Assembly (NCBI RefSeq): GCF_009914755.1
Contig: NC_060933.1
DNA from: the human T2T-CHM13v2.0 reference genome, Homo sapiens
Direction: 5' to 3' (one strand)
DNA length: 64,000 bases
Made by a program: the position numbers and the translations under genes. Below the pieces are notes generated by a model, which did no database searches, had not been told where the DNA came from, and saw nothing but the letters and a program-made list of their open reading frames with translations. Positions 42,241-55,383 of the stretch are shown in pieces; the stretch's first letter is position 1, and every line of letters starts with the position of its first letter.

Positions 42241-43452
42241 GGATTCCTGATTCTAGGGAATGTCTTTCACAGAGAAGTTGGCTATGATACTATCTTGTAG
42301 TATGTAAGATACTTATATACTACTGGTGGAATGTACTGTCATCAAGATTTCTTGACTAAGAGTTGGTTTTACTAATTAACAGACTTGAATATGTTCATAT
42401 ATTTAACAAAACAAATAATTTTTTCTCTTTACTGGCCCTTTGCGTGAGGCTGGTCCATCTTTGCACCATATTATTGAAATTGAGCATAAACTATAAAACT
42501 AATTCTAGGTGGCTTCTCAAGTCTTCTCCCTCTACACCTTGACTGGGCTTCCTAGTCAACTCTCACATCTGCATTATTTCTTGATTCCAGCATCCACTAG
42601 TTTTTAATGAGGGTGGCCTCTGAGAACTGCAGCCAAAGCACCCCACAGGGAATGATATTCTGATCACATTTGTACAAAAGTGCTTTGGTTATTTCCCTGA
42701 GAACGCAATAAATAATCAGTTCTTAAGTGTTTCCAAAAGAATGGCATTTTACCTATCTGCATCACATAGCGGCCAAAGTCTATGGCTTTTACTTTAATCC
42801 ACAATAGAGATTATCTGCACTTTAAGTCCTTGTTAGAGTATTTGATTGTGAATCGAATGAGAGTCAGCACTTCTCAGAGGCTCGTTTACCCTATCTGATG
42901 TTTGATAGAGAAAGTCTAATAGACATGCTAACTATCCATTCATCTCCAGTTTTTACCTGAAAGGCAATACCTGAGTCACATTATCTAAGTCCATAGCAGA
43001 AATGCTTTCCCTGAGCTACGACTTAATATTTTTCTCTTTGCCTTTATAGAGGGTTGATAGAAAAACTGCCCAGTAGAAAAAAGCATGTATTTTTTAGAAA
43101 CTGCGAATAAAGATTACTTCCACTATTTAATGCAATGGACCTCAAATTCTCTATATATGTGATACAATCTTAAAATTAAATAATGGGTTGTACCATGAAG
43201 CTAAGTAAGGAGTGTGTGATCTATGTTCTACCGTGATGTCCATGCCCAAATAAAAATATATGGCAGAATCAATGACTGATGTGGGCTATGTCTGACATAA
43301 ATAAAACAGAGAGACTTAGGACCTGGGAACAGGCCTGGGTCACAAGGTATTTGTTGGACAGAATGAGAACTCAGAGGTCACTAATGCTTATTTGCCTGTT
43401 TACCTTACTTATCACCAGGTATCAAGGGCGGGAGTCCAAAGAGCATTCTGCA

Positions 43453-43748
43453 ATAGCCGTCTGCAAACTGTGGCCTATGAGCTGGCTGCCTGTATTATAA
43501 ACACAATGGGACATTACTGGAACACGGCTATAAATTCATTTGTTTATGTATTGTTTGTGGCTGTTTTCACACTTCAATGACAGAGTTGAGTAGGTGCTAT
43601 AGTGATCTTATGGCCTGCAAACCTCAAATATTTGCTATTTGGCCCTTTAAGTTTAACCTCAGCATCATGCAATATACCATGTAACAAACCTGCATGTGTA
43701 CTCTCGAATCCAAAATAAAAGTTGGAAAGATAAGTTTGTCATTTCCGT
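43453..43748 (+). mobile_element. MER58A, interrupted by a ~78-bp L1 tail
   Basis: gcaaactgtggcc...gacagagttgagtag...tatggcctgcaaacctcaaatatttgctatttggcccttta. Confidence 0.85.
43651..43728 (+). mobile_element. Extreme 3' end of an L1PB-like element
   Basis: aacctcagcatcatgcaatataccatgtaacaaacctgcatgtgtac...aaaataaaagttg. Confidence 0.85.
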
Positions 43749-45319
43749 ATTGAGCCAGAGTTAAAAGACTTTAGTTAGAATCAAAGTTTGTTTGTGTTTA
43801 ATAGTCTCTGTACCATCTGAGACTCAGTACCTTCAGCTGTAAAGCAGGATTCATAGTTTTGTCTATATTATAGGTTTTTGCAAGAATAAGAAAATATATG
43901 TATAAATGACTAGCATGGTGCCATAAAGAGCCACCATGCTACTTTCAAGTGAAGCCTTAGGGACCAGGACAAATGACATTTACTCCAGGTCCGGATACAG
44001 ATATGACCTCTTCCAAACAAAAGCCAGTGTTTCACTTTCTTAGCAGGAATGCCACCCCGAGAAAAATTTTCTCCAAAAGCCATGGCTTAGAGGAAGATGA
44101 CTTTCCTGCCAGGGAGAAAAGGGTACCAACCGTGCTTTCCCTGTCAGCCTCCTTATTGCACAGGAACTAGACAGAGATAATCTCAGGTAAGAAAGGCACA
44201 ATGCATTTCTCCCAGGGCCTCATATGTCAGGCATGATTTTAATTTCAGATAACTTCCAAACCAGATAAGAATTCTGTTGGTAGTGTGAGCAGATCTCCTG
44301 GTGCTGCCTGTATCCATGGCCAGCACCCTCCTTCCCCTACTCCAGCTCTTAACTAGGGGGGAACTCAGTGAGATGTAATTGTATGCAACCCTGCCTTCCC
44401 CTCTTGCCCTCTGACACTGGATTCACTAATGAGCATCACCCCTTGTGACCCACGTTTTCTCTAGTCTCTGAGTTAGGCCATTGTTCTTCATCCCTATGAG
44501 CAACTGATGGCAGGGATTGGTTCCCCATTGTATCCCCAGTGCCTAGTACAAGTATGTCCAACCCACTTAAACTGTTCAAATGAACCCGGGCCATCCATTG
44601 ACACAAATGCAGAGGACAGAACCACAGCATTCGGTATATTTCAGAGACCCAGCAAATTCAATTCAAATTGAATTGAATTAAATTGGGTTTGGCTCTTTCT
44701 GGGGTGGTGGTGGTGATGATGATGATGATAGCAGAAGTGGTGGTGGTGGAATGATGGCAGCTACAATGAAGAGATCAGGGCAAGGTTTGGAAAAAATTAA
44801 AATATTTTAAGCCAGGAGTTGGGTAAATGCTCGGAGTCTATCCTGCTGCTTGTATACCTGGATGGCTCTTCACTGAGGTGACTGTATACACAAGGGAAAT
44901 GATACATACGGGAGACAAAGCTCTTCTTTATTAATAATTTAACCAACACCCAATAACCTGTAATGATGAATTTTGGTAAAAGCCTACTTGGAATATGAGG
45001 CTTAGACATCTAAGCTGGTCTACTTAATCCTTTTCTGTAAATGAAAAGAGGCTGCATCTGCAAAGTAGGTTGTAACCTGAGTTACTCAGTTGTAGGCACA
45101 AGTGAAACGATCTAGGTATACAGACTTGCTTATCTTTCTCCAAGGAGGCAAAATGTACCCAGATATGCTTACCCCATAAGAGCAGGAAGTAACCCTGCCC
45201 ACTGGTGAACATGGCAAATTCAATCTCTTGGAGGAACGACCAATCAAACTAGCTGCTAAAGGGACGGGCGAAAATAGAAGCATAAGATGTAGTAGAAATT
45301 TTTCTTTAAGATTTATCAT

Positions 45320-45522
45320 GCTAGAATTATTAGCTAAGCATTTACAATCATATTTTTTCTTTAATCCTTACAACAATCCTAGGAGATAAAATTATTCTCC
45401 AGGTGAGGAGTTAGGCTCAGAGTAATTAAGTGACTTGCCTGAGGTTACACAATAAATGGTTGAGCTAGATTTTCAATCCCATGTCTACCTGACTTCAAAT
45501 CAATGTCCCTTCTACTACACGC
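45320..45522 (-). mobile_element. MIR
   Basis: tttaatccttacaacaatcctagg...aagtgacttgcctgaggttacaca. Confidence 0.8.
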
Positions 45523-45524
45523 TT

Positions 45525-45688
45525 GCTATTCAAAATGCAATTCATGGACCAGCTGCTCAACCTCACCTGAAAGCATTTTAGGAGTGCAAGTGCCTGAGGC
45601 CCACCCCAAACTTACTGAATCAGGATCTGCATTTCAACGATAGCTGCAGGTGAATTGTCAATATATGGAAGTTAGAGGAGCACTCTGA
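45525..45688. mobile_element. MER5-family fossil
   Basis: aggcccaccccaaacttactgaatcaggatctgcatttcaac. Confidence 0.75.
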
Positions 45689-46793
45689 TACACAACACTG
45701 CCTAGCTCTTACTACTCTCTTTTCCCAGAGAGCAAAACCACTCACTGTGGTCCCACCATCAGTAGAAGGCTGACCTGGATTTGGGAACATCCCCAAGTGG
45801 CTAAATTAATGCTACCTGCTGGGATGGTACCCTAAGGCCTGCTAAACCATGTCTGAGCTTTCTGAGGCCACTGGGCACTTTGCATTGACTGGTCAGTTGT
45901 CCTTACTGAAGCCAATGTCCCCAAGCCTTAACTTCCTTTACTGTTGTTTAATCTGAGGCCATGAAATCTTAGCAGATGTGGGGCAGTTTCTGTCCAAATA
46001 TGTCAATGTGTGGCCACCCTTGGCCATCTGAGGAGTAAATAATTTGTTATATTTATCCTTGAGGAAGAATGTACTGAAATGTATATAGAATTCTATGGAA
46101 ATGAAGTTCCAGGATAACCTAAAAAGAAAGATTATTGTGAATTTAGGGACATTTATTTTCCTTTTTCAGTTTTGATATAGTTTTCTTATGTCTGTATGTA
46201 ATTTCCTATGGCAGATTAAGATCCATAATGTTCCAAGATACTGTGATTCATGCATAAGAGAGATTTGAAATGAAATTTTATTGTTGACACTTACTGCTCA
46301 GGCACTTGATATTCTCTCACTATATCTTCAAAACAAGACTATGAGGATAGGAGAATTAGCTCCATTTTATAAATGAAGACAGTAAGCTCTGTCTCTGGTC
46401 ACACAAACAAAGCCAGTTTTCAAGTGTATGCTGGCACCATTTCCAAGCTACATTTGTTTGAATTGCATGTTATTGGTAAAGGATGCTTAGAAATAAATAA
46501 GACACAGGATCCTAAAATGACCATTCCACTTGGAGATTTGAGGTGGGGGAAATTAATTTAACATTAAAGCCTTTAAAAGGAAACATGGTTATATGAAGGA
46601 GTAGAAAGCCAATGCTGAAATTTTGAATGAATTTAAGACAAACAGAAGGCACAACAAAAACATGGAGATTATGGATGGTTAACTCTGCATTTGTGTCCTG
46701 AAGCCCCGGGGATTTGCTTTCACTTTTACTGTTATTACAGTAGCAACAGCAGATGCAGCAGGAGCAACAGTAGGAACTGTGCTGAAAGCTACT

Positions 46794-47643
46794 GTGTTAC
46801 TTATCTATTGCTGCATAACAAATCACCCGAAATTCAGTGGCTTAAAACAATACATATTTATTATTTCACTGTTTCTGTGGGTCATGAATCAGGACGTGAA
46901 TCCTATATTTGGCAAAACTGTCCTTTAAAAACTGAGGGAGAAATTAAAACATTCCCAGATAAAAGCAAAACTGAGGGAGCTTGTGACCACTAGCCTGTCT
47001 CACAAGAAATGCTCACGAGAGTCCTGCAGGTTGAAACAAAACAACACTAAACAGTAACTTGAAGCCATATTCGGAAATAAAGATTCTAATAAAGGTAAAT
47101 GAAGCTAGTATTATTGCAACAATGGCTTGTAACTTTACTTTTTATTTTCTACATGATTGAAGAGACCAATACCTTAAAAAAAGTTACTGGTCTAAAAACT
47201 AGTATGATTGTAGCTTTGGTTTGGAATTTCATATTTTATTTTCTGCATAATTTAAGAGACTAATGCATGTAAGAGGATTCTAAGTTTATGTTTAAAGATG
47301 TAATTTTTTGACATCAACTAAAAGGGGTGGGTATAGAGCTGTAAAGTAGCAGAGTTTTTGTGCGTTATTGAAGGAAAATTTCCAAAGTTAACACATTAAA
47401 ATGTTATAACTTTAGGATGTTAAAGTAATCCCCGTGGTAACCACAGGACATGACTGGATGAGTCCTGTTCTTCAAGGTCTCAAACAGGCTGTGATCATGC
47501 TCTTGGCTGGGTCTGTAGTCTCATTTCAAGGATTGTCTGAAGAAGGATTCCCTTCTAGGATCACTTAGGGGTTAATATGATTTAGTTATTCATAGGCTAT
47601 TAAACTAAAGGCTTCACTTCCTCACTAGCCACCCTCAGTTCCT
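46794..47643 (-). mobile_element. MLT1D-like LTR in two pieces (46794-46899 and 47444-47643), truncated
   Basis: atctattgctgcataacaaatcacccgaaattcagtggcttaaaacaa...ctgtgggtca; continues aaggtctcaaacaggctg...ccctcagttcctt. Confidence 0.8.
46900..47443 (+). mobile_element. Internal old-L1 fragment (ORF1 end plus inter-ORF spacer, L1M4-like)
   Basis: gagggagaaattaaaacattcccagataaa (EGEIKTFPDK, L1 ORF1 C-terminal motif); ends gtaatccccgtggtaaccaca. Confidence 0.85.
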
Positions 47644-48617
47644 TTTTTCTTTTTTAGCTTTAAGTTCAGAGATATATGTGCAGGTTTGTTACATAGGTAA
47701 GCTTGTGTCAAGGGGGTTTGTTGTACAGATTATTTCATCACTTAGGTATTAGGCCTAGTACCCATTAGTTATTTTTCATGATCTTCTCCCTCCTTCAACC
47801 CTTCACCCTCTAATAGGCCCCATTGTGTGTTGTTCCTCTCTATGTCTCCATGTGTTCTCATCATTTAGATCCCTCTTGTAAACAAGAACATGCAGTATTT
47901 GGTTTTCTGTTCCTGTGGTTAGTTTGCTAGCTCCACTGAGGTCCCTGAGAAGAACATGATCTCATTCTTTTTTTATGGCTGCATAGTATTCCATAGAATA
48001 TATGTACCACATTTTCTTTATCCAGTCTATCACTGATGGGCATTTAGGTTGATTCCATGTCTTTGCTCTTGTGAATAGTGTTGGAATAAACATACACTTG
48101 CAAGTGTCTTTATAACAGAATTATTTATCTTCCTTTGAGTACATAGCCAGTATTGGGATTACTAGGTCAAATGGTATTTGTCTTTAGGTCTTTAAGGAAT
48201 CACCAATCTTCCACAATGGTTGAATTAACTAACAATAGTATGTAAGCATTCCTTTTCCTCTACAATCTCACTAGCATCTGTTATTTTTTGACTTTCTAGC
48301 ATAACCGTTCTGACTGGTGTGAGATGGTATCTCACTGTGGTTTTGTGTATCTGTAACGATCAGTGGTGTTGAGTTTTTCATAGAATTATTGGCTGCATGT
48401 GTGTCTTCTTTTGAAAAGTATCTTTTTATGTCTTTTGCCAACTTTTTTGTGGGGCTTAATTTAAAATTTTCCCAATTTAAATTTGTTTAAGTTCCTTATG
48501 GATGCTGGATATTAGACCTTTGTTGGATGCATAGTTAGCAAAAATGTTCTTCCATTATGTAGGTTATCTGTTTACTCTGTTGATAGTTTCTTCTGCTGTG
48601 GAGAATTTCTTTAGTTT
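47643..48617 (-). mobile_element. L1PA13-like 3' end, 5'-truncated
   Basis: gtgcaggtttgttacataggtaa...gggggtttgttgtacagattatttcatcac; ORF2 3' part. Confidence 0.92.
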
Positions 48618-48619
48618 GT

Positions 48620-50100
48620 TTTGACACTTTGAATGTATCACATACTGCCTTCTGGCCTCTAAAGTTTCTTATGAGAAATCTGCTGACAATCTTAGGAAGA
48701 ATCCCTTGTACATGCTCATTTGCTTCTCTCTTGCTGCTTTCAAGATTCCCTCTTCGTTAAACACAGTTTTGACAGTCCATCATAATGTGTTTCATTGCAC
48801 ATCTTTGAGTTCATTGGGCTAGTTGGGAGTTTATATTTATGTTTTTAATCAAATTTAGAAAGTTTTCAGCCATTATTTCTTCAAGTGTTCTCTCTTCCCT
48901 TTTCTCTCTCTTCTTCTTTTGGAACACCTACCATGCACATATTGGTCTATTTAATGGTTTCCCACATGTCCCTTAGGCACTGTTCATTTCTCTTCAATCT
49001 TTTTTTTCTTTCAGACTCAATAATTCCCATTGTCCTATGTTCAAGCTCACAGATTATTTCTTCTGCTAGTTAAATATTCCTTTGAATTTCTCTTTTCATT
49101 TCAGTTACGTTCTTTTCAGTTCCTGAATTTCTTTTTGGTTCCTTTTGAGGTTTTCTTTTTATTGACATTTCTATGTTGTTCATACGTTGTTTTCTTGACT
49201 TTCTTCACATCTTTAATTCTTTGAGCATCTCCAAGACAGTTGTTTTAAAGTCTTTGTCTAGTAGATCTTCTATAAAGTCTTTTTCAGGGACAATTTTGTT
49301 GATTTTTTTTTAATGGGCCATATTTCCCTATTTCTTTATATGCCCTGTGATTTCTTGTTAAAAACTGGACATTTTAGTAAAATAATGTGGTATCTCTGGA
49401 AGCCAGATTCTCTTCCTTCCAAGGGTTTACTGTTTTTTTTTTTGTTATTGTTTTTGACTGTTGTATGGCGTGTTAAGGCCAAGATTGACATGTAAAATTA
49501 AGGTCTTCTCAGTTCTTTTCTGTGGCTGCGCCTTTCCCATGCATAGTCACCTCTGATTTTCGCTGTATATGCAGTTTCTTTTGAATGTTATAGTCTTTAA
49601 TGTCTGGCTCCCAAAAAGGAAAAAAGAGAAAAATGAAGGGAAGTAAAAATAAGAACACTGTAGTCCTTGGCAGTCACTTCAGACAGAGGGTGAGGGGCTT
49701 GCAACAATGGGAGGAGGTGCATAAACCATGACTGCTGGCCTCACTGCACCTCTGTGATCAGAAACAGCAATAAGTGATTAGAGCACAGATCCCTGCTATT
49801 TGTAGGAAAGGGTCATTTTTGGCCAGTCTGGCTCCTTCAAGCTGTGTGTAAGCTGCCCCAGAATCATATGCACAGCTGCCTGCCACTGGGTTGAAGGTGG
49901 GGGATCGGTAGTGGCTACTGTGTTAAAAGCTGAAATTGACCAAATTAACCACAATTTACCACAGAAACCTTCCCCTTGGAATCTGCAAGCCTTTAATGGA
50001 CTGAGTCTTAAAATAGTTACATCAGACTGATTCTGCCAGTGCTTTAGGTGGGGAGACAGATTTCTGGTGCTTCCTACTCTTCCAACTTCCCAGAATCACT
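48620..50100 (-). mobile_element. Old L1 (L1M4-like) 5'UTR and ORF1 5' part
   Basis: actgccttctggcctc...gagaaatctgctg...ttctctcttgctgctttcaagatt; 5' end near ctggtgcttcctactct. Confidence 0.85.
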
Positions 50101-51244
50101 TGAATACTTTTGATGATATGAAGATCAAGTCAGACAAATGTCACGAATTAGAGCATGCTGAAATACTGCAAAGTGCACTATCCTTCTCTTTCCGATGTTT
50201 ATATCTTTACCATAACTTAAATTTCCAACAGTAACTAGCAATCCACCTACACCCAGTGCTGTCCATTGGGTTGTAGGGACAAGGTCAAGTAAATTTTTCT
50301 TAAACATAAATAGATTGAACTAATTCAGATGAGATCAGATTCAGATTAAGACAGAAATGAAAGTCTTATTTAATAAAACAAAGAATAGAGTAGAATGGTT
50401 AGAGAGAAGTTATAAAGGGCCACAGCCATGTTAATGAATGCATGGGAGATCAGGGAAAACCAATGCCCTAATGCTGAGGAGAGGAGATGATGTTATAGGC
50501 TGATTTTATGTATATAAAACACTGTACTGTTTCAAACCAGCCAAGAGAAATATAGCACACTAGACTCCAGCACATTTTAAAGAGTATTATTTTCAGTGAG
50601 CATCCATTAAAAACAAAATCACTCCACTGTATAAAGCATGCTTTGTTACAGTGGAAGGTGTACGGTGACAGTTGATTCTATGGGTAGAAAATGACCTGTG
50701 GATGATGTCAACGTGGCTCAGGCCACTTCACAGGCACAGAATGGTGTGGATTTTATGGACAATGATTGACATCACGGAAGTCTGACTGGAAGTATGCATG
50801 TACCACCCCCCCCGGCCCCAGATATATTTTGTCTGATAGGGGTGTTTAAGAATTAACTTGCAATTATGCAAATATATGTATATTATACGTTAAGTTTAAA
50901 AACAATTTTAAGGGAGCACAATTCCAAAAATATAGTTGCCTTAAACAGAGCAAGTCCAAGATATTCCTTGTAAACTATCTACTGTCTTTTCTCGTCTTCT
51001 CTCCTTCCCACCTCTGCTCATTACTTCTTTAAATCTTTGGAGGAAATGCTTCTTAATATCAATATCTATGTGGATTTAAGGACTCAGGAAACTCCCTTAA
51101 ATTTCATAAAATGTGTACATGGAAGGAAATGCGTTTTTTTCAAGACTAAGTATTTAATATTCACAGATAAATACATAAGAGCATCGGCTCTTCCTCCACC
51201 CAGGTGTTAAAAATCATTATGTCAATTGAATGGACCAATGTACT

Positions 51245-51490
51245 GTGAAAAGAGTCACAGGTTTTAAGAGTAACACACACTTAGATTTAAATTCTAACTT
51301 TATAAATTTCTTGAGCAAATTACTAAGTGTTTTAAGGCCTCACACCCCTTATTTAAAAAAAATGAGATAATATTTGCCCTGCAAGTTTATTATGTAAATA
51401 AGATAAATGAAATAAATGTTTTGGAGTATCTAATTCAGTACTGGAAAATAATAGGTATCAAAACGACAGCAGATATTATAGTTATGATTA
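51245..51490 (+). mobile_element. MIR
   Basis: cttgagcaaattacta...aaaatgagataatatttgccctgc. Confidence 0.6.
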
Positions 51491-52519
51491 TTCTTGCAAA
51501 TACTATTTCCAGCAGCAAGGAGTCAGGTCATGTCTCCTGATTGCCCTTCAAAAGATTCTGTCTATCATAAGCTCTGCTATTTATTTATTGATACAACCAT
51601 TCACCTATCCATCCACCCACAGGTACATTTAGGCATTTCTTTATTTCTCTGCTGCTTGCCTACTTTGTTGAGAAGGCCTTCAGTTTCCATCTCAGTTTAG
51701 CCAGCTAGCTTAACCTAAACTGTTTCTGACAAAGAAAAACAAGACTGAGTTTATTAAAAAAAAAAAAAAAATCTTCTTTGATCTTTAATCACGCCTGAAG
51801 ATAATTCAATCTGGTCTTCATTATTACAGTGGCTTATAGCCAGCAGCTGTAGCCCCTGACTCAGATAAATGCTTGCCCTGTATTATTACAATAAAACCAA
51901 CTCCATAGAATGAAATTTTTCCCCCTTCCTTGATGATATCATCACAGAGAATTAATGTTCTGGTTTTTTTCATTACTGCTTCATTGTATGAAATACGGAC
52001 TAAATCAAATCTCTGGTCAGATAGTTTCATCTACAATATTGAGAAGTGGGTGAAAAAAAATGCAACCCACTGAGCAACAGGTGAAAGTTATAGTGTGGAA
52101 TAATCAGTGGAGAATTCTTGATCGGTGCCAGGCAAGGGTGTCCACAAACAGGAGGCACAGAGCGTGCTCCGTGGAAGGTTTCTTCTTAAACCAAGACGTT
52201 CTCTGCCCTCTGTTTCAGTCAGTGGCATTTCCAATCTCACTAGCATGGAAGTTCAAATTTCACCTTAACAATGTTCACATTTTGGAGCATTGTTGAACAG
52301 AGTTTGGCTAGGAGAGCGATGACAATACCTGAACCCTGTTTTACACCATCTATTCACCCTTCCTGCAAGAATCCTAAAGGGCATAAACATGTAAAGACAG
52401 CAAATGAGAAATCAAACTCCAGTTTATTTTTGGCAGGGTCTATAAACCCAAATTTCATTTCTTTGCTAAACTGGACTGGATTACTTCGATTAGGACCAAG
52501 AACTAAGTGATGGATGATT

Positions 52520-52552
52520 AGCCTGGGTGACATAATGAGTCCCCATCTCTAG

Positions 52553-52589
<37 letters not shown>

Positions 52590-52735
52590 GGGCATGGTTG
52601 TGCACACCTGTAATCTCAGATACTGGAGAGGATGATGAGGGAGGATAGCTTGAGCTTAGGAGGTTGAGACTGCCAATAGTCATGATCTTGCCACTACATT
52701 CCAGGCTGGGTGACAGAGGAAGACACTGTCTCTGA
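52520..52735 (+). mobile_element. AluJ, 5'-truncated, with long A linker
   Basis: gggaggatagcttgagcttaggaggttgagactgc (J-type right arm). Confidence 0.85.
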
Positions 52736-52854
52736 ATGAATGCGTGAATAATGGGTGGGAAAGGAGGAAAGGAAGCAATTTTTTCCATTAAGTCCAAATC
52801 TAAACCTCACTTTTAGACGGTTTTTAACCTTGACTGGACACTGGAATCACCTGG

Positions 52855-53225
52855 TGTATCAGTCCATTTTCACATTGCTCTAAAGAAATACTTGACTGGA
52901 TAATTTATACAGGAAAGAGGTTTAATTAACTTACAGTTCCACGTGGCTGGGGAGGCCTCAGAAAACTTACAATCACAGCAGAAGGTAAAGGGGAAGCAAG
53001 CACCTTCTTCACAAGGCAGGTAAATAAGTGAGAGGGGGGAAGCACCACACACTTATCAACCAGCCACATCTCTCGAGAATACACTCACTATCACGAGAAT
53101 AGCATGGGGGAACCACCCCCATGATCCAATCACCTCCCACCCGGTCTCTCCCTCCACACCTGGGGATCATGGGGATTACAATTGGAGATGAGATTTTGGT
53201 GGAAACACAGAGCTAAACCATATCA
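52855..53225 (-). mobile_element. THE1D-like solo LTR
   Basis: tgtatcagtcc...aaaccatatca; perfect 5-bp TSD CCTGG. Confidence 0.95.
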
Positions 53226-54921
53226 CCTGGGAAGCTTTAAAAACACTGTTGTCTGCGGTCCGCCCCTCAAAATTTTGAATTAATGGCTTTGAAATGTGGA
53301 TTAGTAAATTAGGATTTTAAAAAAAACTTTTATTTTTGTTTCAGAGGTACATGTGCAGGTTGGTTCTATAGATAAACTTTGTGTTGCAGGGGTTTTGGTA
53401 TACATATTATTTCATCATCCATGTAAAAAGCATAATATCGAATAGGCCATTTTTCTGTCCTTTCTTTCCTCCCACCCTCCACCCTCAGGTCCCAATGTCT
53501 ATTGTTCCTTTCTTTGTGTCCCTGTATACTCAATGATTAGTTCCCATTTATAAGTGAGAACATGCAATGTTTGGTTTTCTGTTCCTGGGCTAGTTCACTT
53601 AGATAATGGCCTCTAACTGTATCCATGTTCCTGCAAAGGACGTTATCTTGTAGTGTTCAATGGTGTACATGTACACATTTTCTTTATTCAGTCTACGACC
53701 AGTGGACGTTTAGGTTGATTCCAAGTCTTTGCTATTGTGAATAGTGGTGCAATGAATATACGTAAGCATGTGTCTTATGGGAGAATGATTTATATTCCTT
53801 TGGGGATACATGTAATCGTGAGATTGCTGTGTCAAGTGGTAGTTCTGTTTTAAGTTCTTTGAGAAATTACCTAACTGCTTTCTGCAGTGGCTGAACTAAT
53901 TTACATTTCCAGCAGCAGCATATAAGCATTCCTTTTTCTCTGCAGCCCCACCAGCATCAGTTATTTTCTGACTTTTTAATATTAATAATAGCGCTTCTGA
54001 CTGGTATCTCATTGTGGTTTGATCTGCATTTCTCTAATGATTGGTGGCATTGAGTATTTTTTCATATACTTGTCTGCATGTATGTCTTCTTTTGAAATGT
54101 GTCTGTTCATGTTCTTTGCCCACTTTTTAATGGGGTTCTTTGTTTTTGCTTGTTAGGTTCCTTATAGATTCTGGATATTAGGCCTTTGTCAGATGCATAG
54201 TTTGCAAATATTTTCTCCTATTCTGTGGGTTGTATATTTACTCTGATGATAGTTTCATTTGCTCTGCAGAGCTCTTTAGTTTAATTAGGTTCCATTTGTC
54301 AATTTGATGTTTTTGTTTTTGTTTTTTGCAATTGCTTTTGGCATCTTCATCAACAAATTTTCACCAGGGCTTATGTCTAGAATGGTATGAATGGTATTTC
54401 CCAGTTTTTGTAGTTTTAGGTTCTACATTTAAGTCTTTAATCCATTTTGGGTTGATTTTTCTACATGATGTAAGGAAGGGGTCCAGTTTAAATCTTCTGC
54501 AGATGGCTAGCCTGTCATTTATTGTTTCAGGGCACTATTTATTGAACAGGGAGTTTTTTTTACTATGGCTTGTTTTTTGTTGACTTTGTTGAAGATCAAA
54601 TAGTTGTAGGTGTGTGGCTTTATTTCTGGGCTCTGTATTCTGTTCCACTGATCTATGTGTCTGTTTTTGTACCAGTACCATACTGTTTTGGTTACTATAG
54701 CCTGGAAGTATAGTTTGAAGTCAGGTAATGTGATGCCTACAGATTTGTTCTTCTGGCTTAGGATTGGGTTGGCTATTCAAGCTCTTCTTTTTGTTCAATA
54801 TAAATATTAGAATTTTTTTTAATTCTGTGAAGAATGTCATTGATAGTTTGATAGGAATAACATTGAATTTGTAAATTGCTTTGGGCAGTATGGCCATTTC
54901 AATAATATTGATGCTTCCTAT

Positions 54922-55383
54922 TTATGAGCATGAGATGATTTTCCATTTGTTTGGCCCATCTCTGATTTCTTTCAGCAATGTTTTGTAATTCTTGTTATAG
55001 AGATCTTTAACCTCACTGGTTAGCTGAATTCCTAGGTATTTTAGCTTGTTTGTGGCTATTGTGAATGGAATTGCGTACTCGATTTGGAAATAAGCTTGGA
55101 CGTTTTTGGTATATAGACATGCTACTGATTTTTGTACATTGATTTTGTAACCAGAAACTTTGCTAGCATTTCTTAACAGATCTAGGAGCTTTTGGACAGA
55201 GACTATGGGGTTTTCTAGGTATAACATCATATCATCTGCAAACAGAGATAGCTTGACTTCCTCTCTTCCTATTTTGATGCCTTTTATTTCTTTCTCTTGC
55301 CTGATTGCCCTGGCTAAGACTTCCAGTACTATGTTGAATAGCAGGGGTGAGAATGGGCATCCTTGTCTTGTTCCAGTTCTCAA
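54922..55383 (-). pseudogene. L1 ORF2 reverse-transcriptase remnant (disrupted)
   Basis: [26 protein letters not shown]...LSLFADDM motif; flanked by stops and frameshifts. Confidence 0.95.
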
